A stretch of DNA of 64,000 nucleotides from Patescibacteria group bacterium. Its GTDB lineage: Bacteria > Patescibacteriota > Patescibacteriia > JAXHNJ01. This document shows, in pieces, positions 63,877-64,000 of the stretch. The stretch's first letter is position 1. Each line of letters starts with the position of its first letter. The stretch spans positions 480,660 to 544,659 of the forward strand of contig JAXHNJ010000002.1 of the NCBI GenBank assembly GCA_034520665.1. Reading direction: 5' to 3'. The translations under genes were made by a program, and so were the position numbers. Below the pieces are notes generated by a model that did not search any database, was not told where the DNA came from, and saw only the letters and a program-made list of their open reading frames with translations.

Positions 63877-64000
63877 TTATCTTTTAAACCTCTCCAGTAT
63901 ATCTCTGGCAAATTCCTTTCCTCCAAGACCAAAAGCCAGACCACCAGCTAGAGCGATCATTACTATAAAACCCTGGAAAAGGATAGTGATTAGATTTTGA
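63877..64000 (-). CDS. C-terminus of a CmpX/TM-helix (MscS-associated) membrane protein, partial
   Basis: Hand-translated ...MIALAGGLAFGLGGKEFARDILERFKR*. Confidence 0.65.
   Translation of the reverse strand, partial: QNLITILFQGFIVMIALAGGLAFGLGGKEFARDILERFKR

Overview
AT-rich bacterial chromosome segment. 16S signatures, gene content and short genes point to Patescibacteria/CPR (Parcubacteria-like); this is inferred, not database-checked. It holds housekeeping genes (rplS, cca, ftsH, rpsA, gyrA, rpmF, nusB, rnc, pyrF/E, smc, rpsP, trmD, tig, hppA, nusA, rnhB, gdhA, trxA/B), surface-modification genes, a stand-alone 16S rRNA with no adjacent 23S, and 13 intact tRNAs, including a rare tRNA-Ile(UAU). 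The main unexplained signal is that most tRNAs sit inside decayed, split copies of the same tRNA type. The splitting inserts are palindromic cassettes. The clearest family is TCCCG-[arm1]-CG-N-GGATCC-N-CG-[arm2]-CGGGA, inserted at G^C with no target duplication; arm 1 can carry an intact replacement tRNA and arm 2 a small GIY-YIG nuclease gene. This looks like an integrase-free 'tRNA-replacing' mobile system. Other signals: repeated replacement of T-arms by GTCTC-N7-GAGAC, a decayed REP-associated tyrosine transposase, palindrome-like stretches inside 16S, nusA and rpsP, boxA-led small-gene cassettes, and an unassigned structured RNA. All calls were read by eye; no searches were run.
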